DNA of 63,375 nucleotides, filler included, from Aduncisulcus paluster (GCA_024181965.1; 5 parts of 5 records of this genome joined end to end with filler, not necessarily neighbours in it); one strand, 5' to 3'. Shown: positions 29,301-40,771, counted from the whole stretch's first letter. Made by a program: numbers and translations. Notes: generated by a model from the letters alone, not told the origin.

Positions 29301-32300
29301 AAGAAGGGCGAGGAAGGCACAATTGAAGAGGAAGAGAGTGTTAAGGGGAAAGGAGTGAAGAAAGCTGGAAAAGGTTCTGGTAAGAAAGATATTTCTAAAG
29401 AAGTTGAAGTTGAAGGATCTGAGGAGAAAGAAGAAGGAGAAGCTGACCTTGTTGACACCACTCCTTCCTTCCCGTTCTCTTGTATCCCTTCTTCGCTTTT
29501 CATACCTGCTCATGAGTCAAGCTTTGTCACTCTGGCTTATGCTCCTGACTCTGAGAAAGAGAGGAATGCTGAATGTTCTATTTCTGTCCGTGTTTTGAGA
29601 AAGAAGGGCGAGGAAGGCACAATTGAAGAGGAAGAGAGTGTTAAGGGGAAAGGAGTGAAGAAAGCTGGAAAAGGTTCTGGTAAGAAAGATATTTCTAAAG
29701 AAGTTGAAGTTGAAGGATCTGAGGAGAAAGAAGAAGGAGAAGGCATTCTGTTTGATTATCAAACAAAGATTCAGTTCGGCATTTCTGGTAAAGGATGTGA
29801 TCCAAAAATAGAAATTGATCTTGAGGAATCTTCTGTTCCTCTATTCTTCTCACAGGGTGGTGAGAGCATTCTGTTTGATTATCAAACAAAGNNNNNNNNN
29901 NNNNNNNNNNNTGGTGTTTGGGTACGTATACAAGTATCTGATGCTGGAGTTCCTGGTTCCGACCAAGAAGAATCTCTCTCCATGGATCAGAAGCCTCTAA
30001 GAATTATTCCGGGCATCTGTCTGCTTCTCAAGCTGGGACTTCACCAGCTCCCTGGGTTGAGGNNNNNNNNNNNNNNNNNNNNGGAAAGAAGAAGGATGAT
30101 GCTGACCTTGTTGACACCACTCCTTCCTTCCCGTTCTCTTGTATCCCTTCTTCGCTTTTCATACCTGCTCATGAGTCAAGCTTTGTCACTCTGGCTTATG
30201 CTCCTGACTCTGAGAAAGAGAGGAATGCTGAATGTTCTATTTCTGTCCGTGTTTTGAGAAAGAAGGGCGAGGAAGGCACAATTGAAGAGGAAGAGAGTGT
30301 TAAGGGGAAAGGAGTGAAGAAAGCTGGAAAAGGTTCTGGTAAGAAAGATATTTCTAAAGAAGTTGAAGTTGAAGGATCTGAGGAGAAAGAAGAAGGATGA
30401 TGCTGACCTTGTTGACACCACTCCTTCCTTCCCGTTCTCTTGTATCCCTTCTTCGCTTTTCATACCTGCTCATGAGTCAAGCTTTGTCACTCTGGCTTAT
30501 GCTCCTGACTCTGAGAAAGAGAGGAATGCTGAATGTTCTATTTCTGTCCGTGTTTTGAGAAAGAAGGGCGAGGAAGGCACAATTGAAGAGGAAGAGAGTG
30601 TTAAGGGGAAAGGAGTGAAGAAAGCTGGAAAAGGTTCTGGTAAGAAAGATATTTCTAAAGAAGTTGAAGTTGAAGGATCTGAGGAGAAAGAAGAAGGAGA
30701 AGGCATTCTGTTTGATTATCAAACAAAGATTCAGTTCGGCATTTCTGGTAAAGGATGTGATCCAAAAATAGAAATTGATCTTGAGGAATCTTCTGTTCCT
30801 CTATTCTTCTCACAGGGTGGTGAGAGTGAAGAAAAGGGCACTGGGAAGGCTGGGAAAGGAGCGAAAGGAAAAGGTGGGAAAGGGAAGAAGGCTTCATCTT
30901 CAACATCTGATGAAGAGAGTTCAGTTAAATTTAAGTTTATTGATTTTGGGAAATGTGTTCTTAACTCAACAAAGTCCAAGACTTTCCATATATCGAATCC
31001 GACTGACATTCCGATCACTGTGAATGCTAATGTTTCCTCCCAACCTGAAGAAAGGCCTGATGACTTCGAGGGTGTCATGTTCAGCGATATTGTTCCCAGA
31101 TCTGAACAGACCGACTCTCCATCCCCATTGACTCTGTCTGCATCTGTCCTTCCAATCCCTCCCCATTCATCTGTTCCAATTACAGTGTCTTTCTCTCCTC
31201 ATGAAGCCAACATCTTCACGTCTGAACGGATTATATTGTCTGTTGAAGGGGCTTCCGAGAAATATTCGACGCTTTCCGTGCCCATTGTCGCATTCTCTTT
31301 CAAATCTCCACTCATTATTGAGGGGTGCGTGTACGATGCCGCTGGTGTCTTCAGTGATGAGTCTATGCGTGTCCAAATACGTGGTGGAGTCCATCGAGAT
31401 ATGAAGGGGATATATGAGATTGGATTCCCAGATGTCCGTCCTCACAACTCCCATACNNNNNNNNNNNNNNNNNNNNAATATTCGACGCTTTCCGTGCCCA
31501 TTGTCGCATTCTCTTTCAAATCTCCACTCATTATTGAGGGGTGCGTGTACGATGCCGCTGGTGTCTTCAGTGATGAGTCTATGCGTGTCCAAATACGTGG
31601 TGGAGTCCATCGAGATATGAAGGGGATATATGAGATTGGATTCCCAGATGTCCGTCCTCACAACTCCCATACTACCATTCTCTCTATCCACAACCCCCAT
31701 AATGTCACTGTGAAGGTCAAATTCATCCAATCTGAGCTTGTTCGGTCCGTGTCAATAGCTCCTGCTTCATTGCATATCCCCCCACATCGCAAGCATGCCC
31801 TTAAGCTTACTTGGAACCCACAGGTGAATGAATTGTTGGATGGTGTCGAGTTGGAAGCCTTGATCTGTCCCATCAACGTGTCCTCTTCGAGCTCACAAGG
31901 TGGATGGACGAGTTCTCAGCGTAAGGTAAGATGGGTTCCAAATCCCATAAGTGGTGTGATGGAGAAGAAGGTTGAAAACATCCCCGAGCCTGAATTCTCA
32001 TTGTTCACTGAGAGAGAACTTTCCTCTATCGGTGGGCTCTCTCTCAAGGAAGGGTATACAAGAGAAACCGTCAATGAGGAAGCTTTGAAGTGGAAACAGG
32101 TCATCAAGGATGATATGTCATTGACTCGTTGTGCCAAGGACTTTGTTTCGCACTTAGTGACCGAAGGTATCTTAGATCTCGAGACTGAAGGTGAGGATTC
32201 TGTTGAGCAAGTCCGTGCCCAGAAAGAATTTGAAGCTATGGAAATTGTCCGGGAGTTCTGTGAACGTGAGACGATGTCTCTCTATTCTACAAAGATTTTC

Positions 32301-33881
32301 CTCACCCTCTTTGGAGTCTGCTGCGAGGATAAATGGGAGGTTGAAGGTCTCAAGAAGGAAGCAGAAGAAGGTGACGAAGAGGAAGAGGAAGAGGTCGAGC
32401 AAGGAGAGTTAGGAAACAAGGATGCAAAAGAGGTTGGTTCTACCTTGTTCAATACGGTGTCCTTCTCGGATACGCTTATGTACGCCCGTAAACGCTTCTC
32501 ATTCTCAGTAGTGAATCGTTGCCCTCGGTCGATTTTACTTTCTCCCCGTGTGTTGTGGTACGCCGAAGAATCTGGAATGTCATCCGTTGCTCCTTGTCCT
32601 TTCACTGCTTCAGCATCTTGTTCGACTCTCAAACCGGTGTGGAATTGCCTTGATGAATTTGCAGACAGTGTTGGGGCCCTGAGGAATTCTCCCGGCGCTG
32701 ATGACAAAGGAAAGAAAGGTGGGAAGAAGAAGGAAAAGGGCAAGCCCAAGGGAGGAGACAAAGGAAAGCCTAAGGGAAAGGCTACTGATAAAGGAAAAGG
32801 AAAAGGAAAAGGAAAATCAACTGGAAAAGGAAAAGCTGTTGAAGAAGAGGAGGAAGAGATCCCAGAATCACCATTCCTTCCTTTGTTCTCTGCTTTCTCC
32901 GAGTTTTACGAGAAACAATGTGAAATTACTGAACATTTAGACCTTGAACGGGAGAGAAAAGCTCAAGTTATCCCCTCGACTTCTTCTGATGGCGAGAAAT
33001 GCGATGTGTGCGTTGAATTTTGTCCTCAAGAAAGTGGAGTTGTGCAATCATTTTTGTCTCTGACTCCTTCCAGCAGCTCTGATGATGAAATGGTTCTTTT
33101 GAAAGGATGTGGAGTTCGTCCCGTGTTGCACTTTGAGATTCCTCCGTCCACATACCTTGAACATCGTGACCCATCGCTGTCCACACCCTCTGAAGTTGAA
33201 GAACACCTTAAACAGGGCCGTGTCCGTGTTGTTGAAATGTTTGTGCGTGGTGAAGGGCGTCGTTCGAAGACAGGCATCGGTATATTCAATCCCACTGATC
33301 ATTCTCATCACTTTTCATTTGTTCCAGTCAAGGATAAGTCGGCCACTCCATCACCAGCTGTTCGTTTAGGTCCGATAGTCAGCGATCGAGGTGTCATTGA
33401 AAAATACACGAAATCCAAGCTTCTCTTTGAGTATGTGTCAAGTGCTGACAGTATTGTTCAAGGAATTGAAGAACGTTTCTTCCAATTTATAATTCCTCGT
33501 TTCCATATTTCTACATATTTCCTTGTTGTAGGTCATGCGAGGGATCCATTGGTTTATTTGTCACATTCACAGCTCAAATTGAAGGAATTGGTTGGCCATA
33601 GTGTCACTGAAACCGTTTCTATATCCAATGAAGAAGATGTTCAGCTCAACTTCTCAATTGATGTGAAGGGAATTGGGGGTGGAATCGAGAACCTTTACAT
33701 TGACCCTCTTCGTGGAAGTATCCCTGCGAAAGGAAAAACAAACTTAACAATCTCATTCGAACCAAAATCCGTCAAACAATTCAATTATGCTCTGAAAGTC
33801 CATGTTGAATCAAGAGTTTCAAGCTTGTGTCTGAATGTTAAGGGTGAAGGACAAGGTTTGCTTGTAAAAAAGAAAAAGTGA
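17399..33881 (+). CDS. HYDIN: Hydin (axonemal central-pair protein), 5'-partial, apparently C-terminally short; local misassembly around 29140-30700
   Basis: ORFs 17417.., 25497.. and 30363.. join across duplicated gaps. Many ASH/Ig-like repeats (xDFGxV...ITLxNxS...ISPxxGxIxP). Segments such as IPLTVRGVGSVIVS...FFLGEVFTN...ITLENKG...ITW, RKVRWVP...KKVENIPEPEF, RPVLHFEIPPSTYLEHRDP and FLVVGHARDPLVYLSHS...LNVKGEG are colinear with animal Hydin as I recall it. Confidence 0.92.
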
Positions 33882-34163
33882 GAATTTGCAATGAGAAACA
33901 TCATTTTCATTGAATTAATGTTATTTTTTATATTTATGATTTCAAACAAATATATTATTTATAATAAATTTAATCCTTTATAAAGAAATTGGCGATATTT
34001 GGCCAACGGGTTGAACCGGAAAATTGTCGGTTGTAGCCGGTACTTTAGAAAGAGTCTCTATATAACGCGGGAAATATTTATTTCTAAAAATATAATATTC
34101 TGAGGAATATCATTATTGACTCAATAATATTGAGGAATTAGTATGGGCCAATATTAATATTAA

Positions 34164-35057
34164 TTATAAGGCACACTTATCTTGTTTTGAAGGAATAGAA
34201 GATTTGGAAATGTCAATAAAAGTACTTTGATCCTTTCTAACCTTTCGTTTTTTCTTTGTCTTTTTCTCTTGACTCTTTTCTTTTGGTTTGGACTTTGATT
34301 TATCAGCGCTCTTTGTCTTCTTTGATTTTTGAGACAAGTCCTCGGAAGATGTTTCTTTCTCTTCTTCACCAATGACTCGTTTTCCATGGATCATTTCAGC
34401 GGCTTCTTGCTCTTCTTTGAGTTCAAAATAGGTTCCAACCAGAGTATCGAACAGTTCACGAACCCCTCTCTCGTCTTTCACGCAAGTCCTAACAATGGGG
34501 AGATCAAGCTCTTCAGCTAATCTATCTCCATCTTTAAGAGATACTTCAGAGGAGTCGCTCAATAAATCAATCTTATTTTGCATAAGAATCATGGGAATTG
34601 GACCACACTCTTCCTCAACACGACCCATCCATTTCTTAACGGCTTCGAATGAAGCACGATCAACAGTTGAAAAAGCAAGCACACAAATGGCAGAACCTCG
34701 ATAATATCCACGAGTCATTGTGGAGAATACTTCTTGCCCAGCAGTATCCCATAAATGAAGAGTGACATTCTCATCGGCCGATTCACAAAAGAATTCGGTT
34801 TCTAAGAAATCTGTACCAATTGTTTTTTTGTATTCGTCGGTGAAATCCCCTTTAACGAACCGGGTAATCAAACTAGTCTTTCCAACTTCACCATTTCCAA
34901 CGACAATACATTTTAAAGTTACTAAATATTTTAAAATTTACATTAACCGTATTAATTTAATTCGAAAATAATGATAAAAGGTTGATATAATGCGATACAA
35001 TCAAGATGAAAAAAAGGAGGAATAAGATCTTAATTACATACTATCAATTTCTTCCAT
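34164..35057 (-). CDS. RAB23: Rab23 GTPase, join(35057..35042,34921..34164), 257 aa
   Basis: Spliced product MEEIDITLKCIVVGNGEVGKTSLITRFVKGDFTDEYKKTIGTDFLE...WDTAGQE...QNKID; VVGNGxVGK and KGxFTxxYKKTIG are Rab23 signatures. The ORF-track version lacks the P-loop. Confidence 0.9.
34922..35041 (-). other. Spliceosomal intron, 120 nt, phase 1
   Basis: GTATGT...ATTTAG; removal links the only upstream ATG in frame to the Rab P-loop exon. Confidence 0.85.
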
Positions 35058-35329
35058 TAATCAATTGTGTAAAGAATAGTTAGAATGATGGATTAAAATA
35101 CTTGTATATGATTTGGATTCAAGGAAACCGCGTTCTCTAGAAGGGTTTTAAAAAATCAAGATTCACTGATCGAGGGAAATATATCGAAGAAAAAGATTTA
35201 TTTTTTCAATGCGTACAAAGGATTTCAACAGTATAAAAATAATCGTTAAAACAAATAAGATAAGATATGAGAAGACGACTGTCAAGCATTCGATCGATTG
35301 AAAGTAAATTCGTGGTTTCTTTGGATACT

Positions 35330-36667
35330 TCAGTATTCCTCAAGATTTATCACGGTTGAATCATCAAAGTATTGTGATTTTGGCAACCTTTCGACAAGAC
35401 CACAAATAATGCCCACCAAAAACCCTGGAATACTGGATAATCCGAGTGTAGTGAACATCGAAGCAACTTGATCTCTGACTGTAATTCCATTGCTCTCGAA
35501 TAAGTCATATTTAGAGTATTTCCCAATGTAAATGAGACTGAGGAGGGTGCCAATGATGGATGGCATACAATGGAGGTTAAGAATCCCACAAACATCCTTG
35601 AGTCCAACTTTCTTGGCAAGAACAGGGAGAATGAATACATATCCGCACACAGAGACCAATCCGGCCAAGAACCCAATAATAAGAGGATAAAAAGGTTTTT
35701 GGATATAGTTACAAATGCTGGAGATTATCACACCACCTGCGAGACCAGCATTGGCAATATCTTCAATTTCAAACCTGCAACCTGCACTTCTAAAAAGAGC
35801 AGAGAAGATGAAGGAAGCGGCCATGGATCCAATGAGAGCCAAGTAAACTGAAAAGGCGATGAAAGGGAATGATTCAGTGGCAGACACTAAATCCAAGGCG
35901 GCGGGACCAGCAGTGAAGAAAGGCCAAAAGATAAACAGGACAAAAGAACCAATGACACAGACAATAAGGGAAGGTTTGGTGACCTCGGGTTCTTTTTCCT
36001 CGGCTTCAAACTCAACATTGTCTTTTCCGGCAATGTCAGATTGGACTCCTTCTTCACGAACTGGTGATTTCTTGTCTATCACTCCAATTCCGATTGACAT
36101 GAAGAGGCCAAAAACACTGCCAAACATGTGAACAAGCATACCACCGCCAATATCAGAGATACCAATTTTAGTCTCACAAAGAGCTTGGTTGATAGCGGCA
36201 AAGATAGGCTCCAGGATGATAACAACGACATATTGAGGCAAAGAAGCCCTTCCAACGATGGATCCAATACTAATTAAGCAAGTAGCAGACCCGTTAGCAA
36301 GAGCGAACATGAGAGCTGACCAATCAAATGTAATAAATTCAGTCTCAAAGGGATGATCACTGAAAAGAATCTCAAAAAATTGGATAAGAATGGGGTAATA
36401 TTGGACGGTGAAGACACCTATAAGAACAGTAATGACAAGGGTAGCCAAACCAAATCCTGATGTGAAAGCCATTAACATGCCAAAACCAACAAATAACAGA
36501 CCAAAAATACCAAAGACAGCGATCAAGGCGAAGACATTGGAATATCCACTTGTTAAATCCATTGGAGTGGAGCTTATCCCGTAAATCGCCAAGATAATAA
36601 GTTCGAGAGTCGAAAGAGCTAAAATGGCACCAAACTGTTTTTTTGATTTGCGAAGAACAATGCCCAT
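35330..36667 (-). CDS. Rh (Rhesus)-type ammonium/gas channel, Amt/Mep/Rh superfamily
   Basis: About 11-12 hydrophobic segments; DIGGGMLVHMFG, FIFWPFF, IANAGLAGGV and DVCGILNLHCMP match Rh motifs including both pore histidines. First ATG at 36667. Confidence 0.9.
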   Translation of the reverse strand: MGIVLRKSKKQFGAILALSTLELIILAIYGISSTPMDLTSGYSNVFALIAVFGIFGLLFVGFGMLMAFTSGFGLATLVITVLIGVFTVQYYPILIQFFEILFSDHPFETEFITFDWSALMFALANGSATCLISIGSIVGRASLPQYVVVIILEPIFAAINQALCETKIGISDIGGGMLVHMFGSVFGLFMSIGIGVIDKKSPVREEGVQSDIAGKDNVEFEAEEKEPEVTKPSLIVCVIGSFVLFIFWPFFTAGPAALDLVSATESFPFIAFSVYLALIGSMAASFIFSALFRSAGCRFEIEDIANAGLAGGVIISSICNYIQKPFYPLIIGFLAGLVSVCGYVFILPVLAKKVGLKDVCGILNLHCMPSIIGTLLSLIYIGKYSKYDLFESNGITVRDQVASMFTTLGLSSIPGFLVGIICGLVERLPKSQYFDDSTVINLEEY

Positions 36668-37137
36668 AATGTCAAATGAAGACAAACGGTGATAAGTTTC
36701 TTATGCCCAGGTCTGAGAAAAATCGTGACTTTCTGGAGGAAAATGTAAGACCATCATGAGTTTGGAAATGATAAAATGAAAAACGTTGTTTGAGATTTAT
36801 AATACCAAACAAAAACCAGATTGAGGAAGACTCGGCTATTTCTTGCTCTTGAAAATGAGCGAGATTGGCAATCTCATCGATCGGATCTCCTTCATATTTC
36901 ATATATTTGCATTTTTGATCTAATTATCTAAAAGTAAACGATTGGTTATTAATTATTTTCCTATTTATTTTTGTATTTTCGGTGTGGAAGGGTACGAAAA
37001 ATCGCTTTTAATTCAAGGCTCACCATACAAATTTTAGTTTCCTTTTTGATACTGATTTTGTATTGCTTTTTAGCTCTAGTTACCTAATTACATAATATTT
37101 TTATTTGTTTCTAGGTTTCAGCACACCTTTTTTCTAA

Positions 37138-37520
37138 ATGACTGAGGAAGCGCAGAGCTCCATTGAAACGGGCGAAATTAGTCGCCTTTTTGAGTCACTT
37201 TCTGCTAGCAATATCCCCAACCTCCTAACTGATCTTGGGATCTTGGTTTCTCTTGGTTCCCAAAGGAAGTTCCAAGTTGGAGATATTAACTACAATATTC
37301 CGACCAAGGATGTTGCTTTAAAAGTCCTTGTTCATATTTATGAGAAGAACCCTCTTGTTAGAGAACTCTTTGATGGTCGTATCTCGAACCTACAAGGGAT
37401 CTCCAATGGTACCTCCACCACTATTGCCTCCAATAGGAAATGCCTTTTTATGTTTATTAAATCGCTTTCTGATAAAGAGGATAAAAAATTTTCGGAGTTA
37501 GATAGCCTTGCCATGTCTAC
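37138..37520 (+). CDS. Hypothetical protein (3'-partial)
   Basis: ATG ORF open to the scaffold end; no motif recognised. Confidence 0.55.
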
Positions 37521-37620
37521 NNNNNNNNNNNNNNNNNNNNNNNNNNNNNNNNNNNNNNNNNNNNTTAATTAATTAANNNNNNNNNNNNNNNNNNNNNNNN
37601 NNNNNNNNNNNNNNNNNNNN
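37521..37620. other. Artificial scaffold linker
   Basis: N-TTAATTAATTAA-N. Confidence 0.97.
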
Positions 37621-37621
37621 T

Positions 37622-38029
37622 GCCTATAAACTTGGTGATGTGGCGACATTACCTGTTCATTTCCCCGAAGTTTCTCAACAAACTTATAAGTGGAGGCAAG
37701 GGGAAACAGTTGTCACTCATGATTATACTATTCAGAAAGAATCCGAGTATTATTTGTCCTTTGCGAAGAAAATGAGAGACTCAATTGCTGCTGGTGATTC
37801 CACTCTTTCCAGTGGTGAGTTCCTCACGTGGGATGATGTTAAAGAACACTGTAAATATCTTTTTGCCACCATTTATAAGTTTATTGCCGTTGATATCTTC
37901 TCCGCGAAAGAGTATCCAACAATTCCTAAAAAGAAGGGTGAGCGAGGTTTAGAGACATCTTTTCCAGCGACAGCTTATGTTAAAGGATATTTTGATGTGG
38001 CTGCAAAAGAATTTGCTGAATATTGGTGA
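37622..38029 (+). CDS. Hypothetical protein, C-terminal fragment (5'-partial)
   Basis: Frame open from the scaffold start to TGA at 38029; coding-like composition. Confidence 0.55.
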   Translation, partial: AYKLGDVATLPVHFPEVSQQTYKWRQGETVVTHDYTIQKESEYYLSFAKKMRDSIAAGDSTLSSGEFLTWDDVKEHCKYLFATIYKFIAVDIFSAKEYPTIPKKKGERGLETSFPATAYVKGYFDVAAKEFAEYW

Positions 38030-38959
38030 GGGTTTGAGGTTATTGATTGGTTTCAATGGGTATTTTTGTTATGAAATTATTGTTGAATTGAATTGATCAC
38101 ATTAGGTTTTAATACCTTCATGTTGTTTCGTAACTTGACGATACTATCAATTTCTATTCTCCTTCCTCTATCCATGTGTCTTAAAATAGATGTTCTAAAA
38201 ATAGAGTGGTGTAAATTATCAAATGAATTTCCTTGGCTATCCAGCTTTCTCGAGTGGAAATCCAGCATTGTTGTATCATAATTCACTTTGCATTCAATGA
38301 TATGTTGTGAGAGTAGAAATGGAGAAATCATCTCAACTCTACAAAACCTCTTTATATTCCTATCAATAAATACATAGGCCATCCTGGTGTGTGCCATCAA
38401 CAGGAATTGTAGCAACTAGCTATCCTTCCATTTCTACGAGACCACTTTCAACTAACTCATAAATAGGAAGAGGATCTAGGAACTTAAATACGACAATGTA
38501 GCAGAACTGTCTCAGTGATGATTTTACTTGTTCAACTGAGGATTCAAATGAGAATAAATACAGTTTTCAATCCTTTCATTTCATTTTCGTTTCATTTTCA
38601 TACCATTTCTGAAATGGCCATTTCACCAACCCTCACTCATTCATTCAAGCACATTGGACTCAACAATCTCACATGAACTCAATGCAAGGAATCACAACAA
38701 TACAACCCATTTTTTGACAGGTATCAAACCTAAAAACGCTCAAATATCAAAAACAAAGAGAAATAGAAAAGTACATTTCTAAAAATAGATTTTCTAAGAA
38801 TAGAATTGCACTTTCAAAATCACATCAATTGAGTTCAATTATAGCTTTTGCAGTCAAGAAATAGGACAGCATGAGGATATATAAAGTATATATAAATGTA
38901 AAACGGATCTCATAAAGCTTTGGAAGGAGAAAAAGGATTTGAGAGGAAAATGGCCGATC

Positions 38960-40058
38960 CTATGAAGCATGGACGAACAAAGGGAATAAACAAGGAAGAT
39001 ATTTGCAAACTGTAAAAAAATGAATAATAAACGACAGTGATGAGAAAATGACAAGTAAATGGAAATAGCAATAATAAATAGCATCTTCAGTCTTTCTCAC
39101 TTGCCTCTTCTTTCCCCTCCTCTTCTGCTTCGTTTTACAATCATTTATCAAAACCAAAATGCTCCCAGAACACACATTCAAACATTTCTCAAGATTACAA
39201 CACTCCATCAAATACGAAACAATGGCAAAGATACCGAGACATCCCCCAATAATCACCATGAAGACACTAACACAGAACACTTAGTAACACAAGTCATCTC
39301 TAAAATCTCCATACCATAAGTTGCTTGATAAACCCCACAATAGGTGGTAATGTCATAAATATTCAGAGAAAGGGCATTGAGAGGAAGAGACTGCTCACAG
39401 AATATGTGTTTGGATACGTTGAAGTGTGTTTGGGTGTTATTCCAACTTCAAGAGTCTTTGCATAGCTAATCGAGAGATATTCTGTATATGAATGTGGGAC
39501 ATAACATATTTGTTCACAATCATAGCAATTTCCATCATTGTCAGTCAAGTCATATTCACTCTCAGTACATATATACCTCTTTGATGGCGATAAATTGGAA
39601 ATACTATCTTGAAACATCTCAATGGATGCATATATATCAAGTCCATAGACACCTGAAATATCGAAGATCGCTAAAGGAATAAGCCTGAAGGAATATGTTT
39701 CCATATCAGAGTTTGTAATACCCTTCTCTTCAAGGGCTGCCATATCATCCTCATCAACACCACATGGCTCATGGTCATATGCAGTGAAAGAATTGATGTC
39801 AAGAGAATATGAGATTCCATCAAAGCTGAGATCCATGCTCATCGTAGCTGCTACGACGTAACAAGTGAGTTTTCGAACCGAGAGAAGGTAGTCGATGGAA
39901 TAGGTTCAATTGCTACAATAAAGGAATCGACATTATCAAAGAACTTGTTGGTACATCTTATTTCAAAAGACTAATAGCAAAACATCAAGGATCAGGATGA
40001 AACGAATTTAGACGAGCAATAGCGGAACAAACGAAAATACAGTGCCAATCTATGCCAT
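38960..40058 (-). pseudogene. Decayed paralogue of the two-TM Cys-rich family
   Basis: CGVDEDDMAALEEKGITNSDMETY matches CDVSDKDMAALEERGFSATDMEDY of 41378... Homology continues in shifted frames (NVDSFIVAIE; FCEQSLPLNALSLNIYDITTYCGVYQATYG; GDFRDDLCY*; TM VFMVIIGGCLG), with several frameshifts and stops and no GT-AG repair that I could find. Confidence 0.7.
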
Positions 40059-40291
40059 AAATGAAATTCAAATATATGTAACTTGAAAAATATTAAACAA
40101 AATTGTATTGAAAAGGCTGGATAAGCAACAAAATATTTCTGTTGTTTTCTATTTCTCCAATATCCAACATTACTTCAAATAAGAAATATGAATATTCGCC
40201 CAATTAGATTTTCAACTATGAATATTATAATTGGTCTCGAAATAGCATATCATTTCCTTCCCAATACAAAATGGCCGCCATTTCAAATGAA

Positions 40292-40391
40292 GGGAAAATC
40301 TTACGCTGACGTTAACGTCAGGCTGACGTTTATACTGTACTATAGAAATTAATATTATTTACTATTTTCGACGTCGGCGTAAGTCAGACCC
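40292..40391. mobile_element. 100-bp Mutator-like MITE candidate
   Basis: Ends GGG...CCC; imperfect TIRs GGGaaaatCTTACGCTGACGT / ACGTCGGCGTAAGtcagaCCC; flanked by the exact 10-bp direct repeat TTCAAATGAA (40282-40291, 40392-40401). Confidence 0.65.
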
Positions 40392-40686
40392 TTCAAATGA
40401 AAGTTTGATCTGAGATCAGTCACTGATCATCAGTGATCTGAATTTTCAGCATTAACATAGATATATCTTATTTCGAAGCCACTTTTTGGTATTGTAATTC
40501 CACATCTTGTTTAAATTGTCATATGATTTGATCAGTTATTCCCAGATATGGTGACCTTACACAACTACAACACATTAATGGCACCGCCTATGAATTAATT
40601 GAACATCCACTATATGTACAACCTTTATTTGCATTAATTCCTTTATAATACACCTTAATTCACCTTGCAGAGCCATTATAGGCTTA

Positions 40687-40771
40687 GTGGTAAAAATATT
40701 TGGCTTTTCGTGGTAAAAAAATTTTACTCAAGTGGTAACAGTCGTGGTAAAAATCGAAATCTTCGTGGTAA
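40687..40771 (+). repeat. Array of five GTGGTAA motifs
   Basis: Starts at 40687, 40710, 40732, 40744, 40765 in the divergent intergenic region. Confidence 0.6.

Noticed and set aside
29997..30062. Short foreign-looking sequence within Hydin
   Set aside because: Sits at a contig end beside an N gap; likely a chimeric read tail.
29142..30700. Four copies of a ~300-bp unit inside Hydin
   Set aside because: Identical copies with mosaic junctions next to two N gaps; best explained as misassembly. Long reads would settle it.
38077..38415. 112-aa minus-strand ORF
   Set aside because: No recognisable motif; any resemblance to the beta-rich domain is too weak to support.
40687..40771. CRISPR-like reading of the short repeat array
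   Set aside because: Repeats are only 7 bp with irregular spacing, no cas genes, eukaryotic context.
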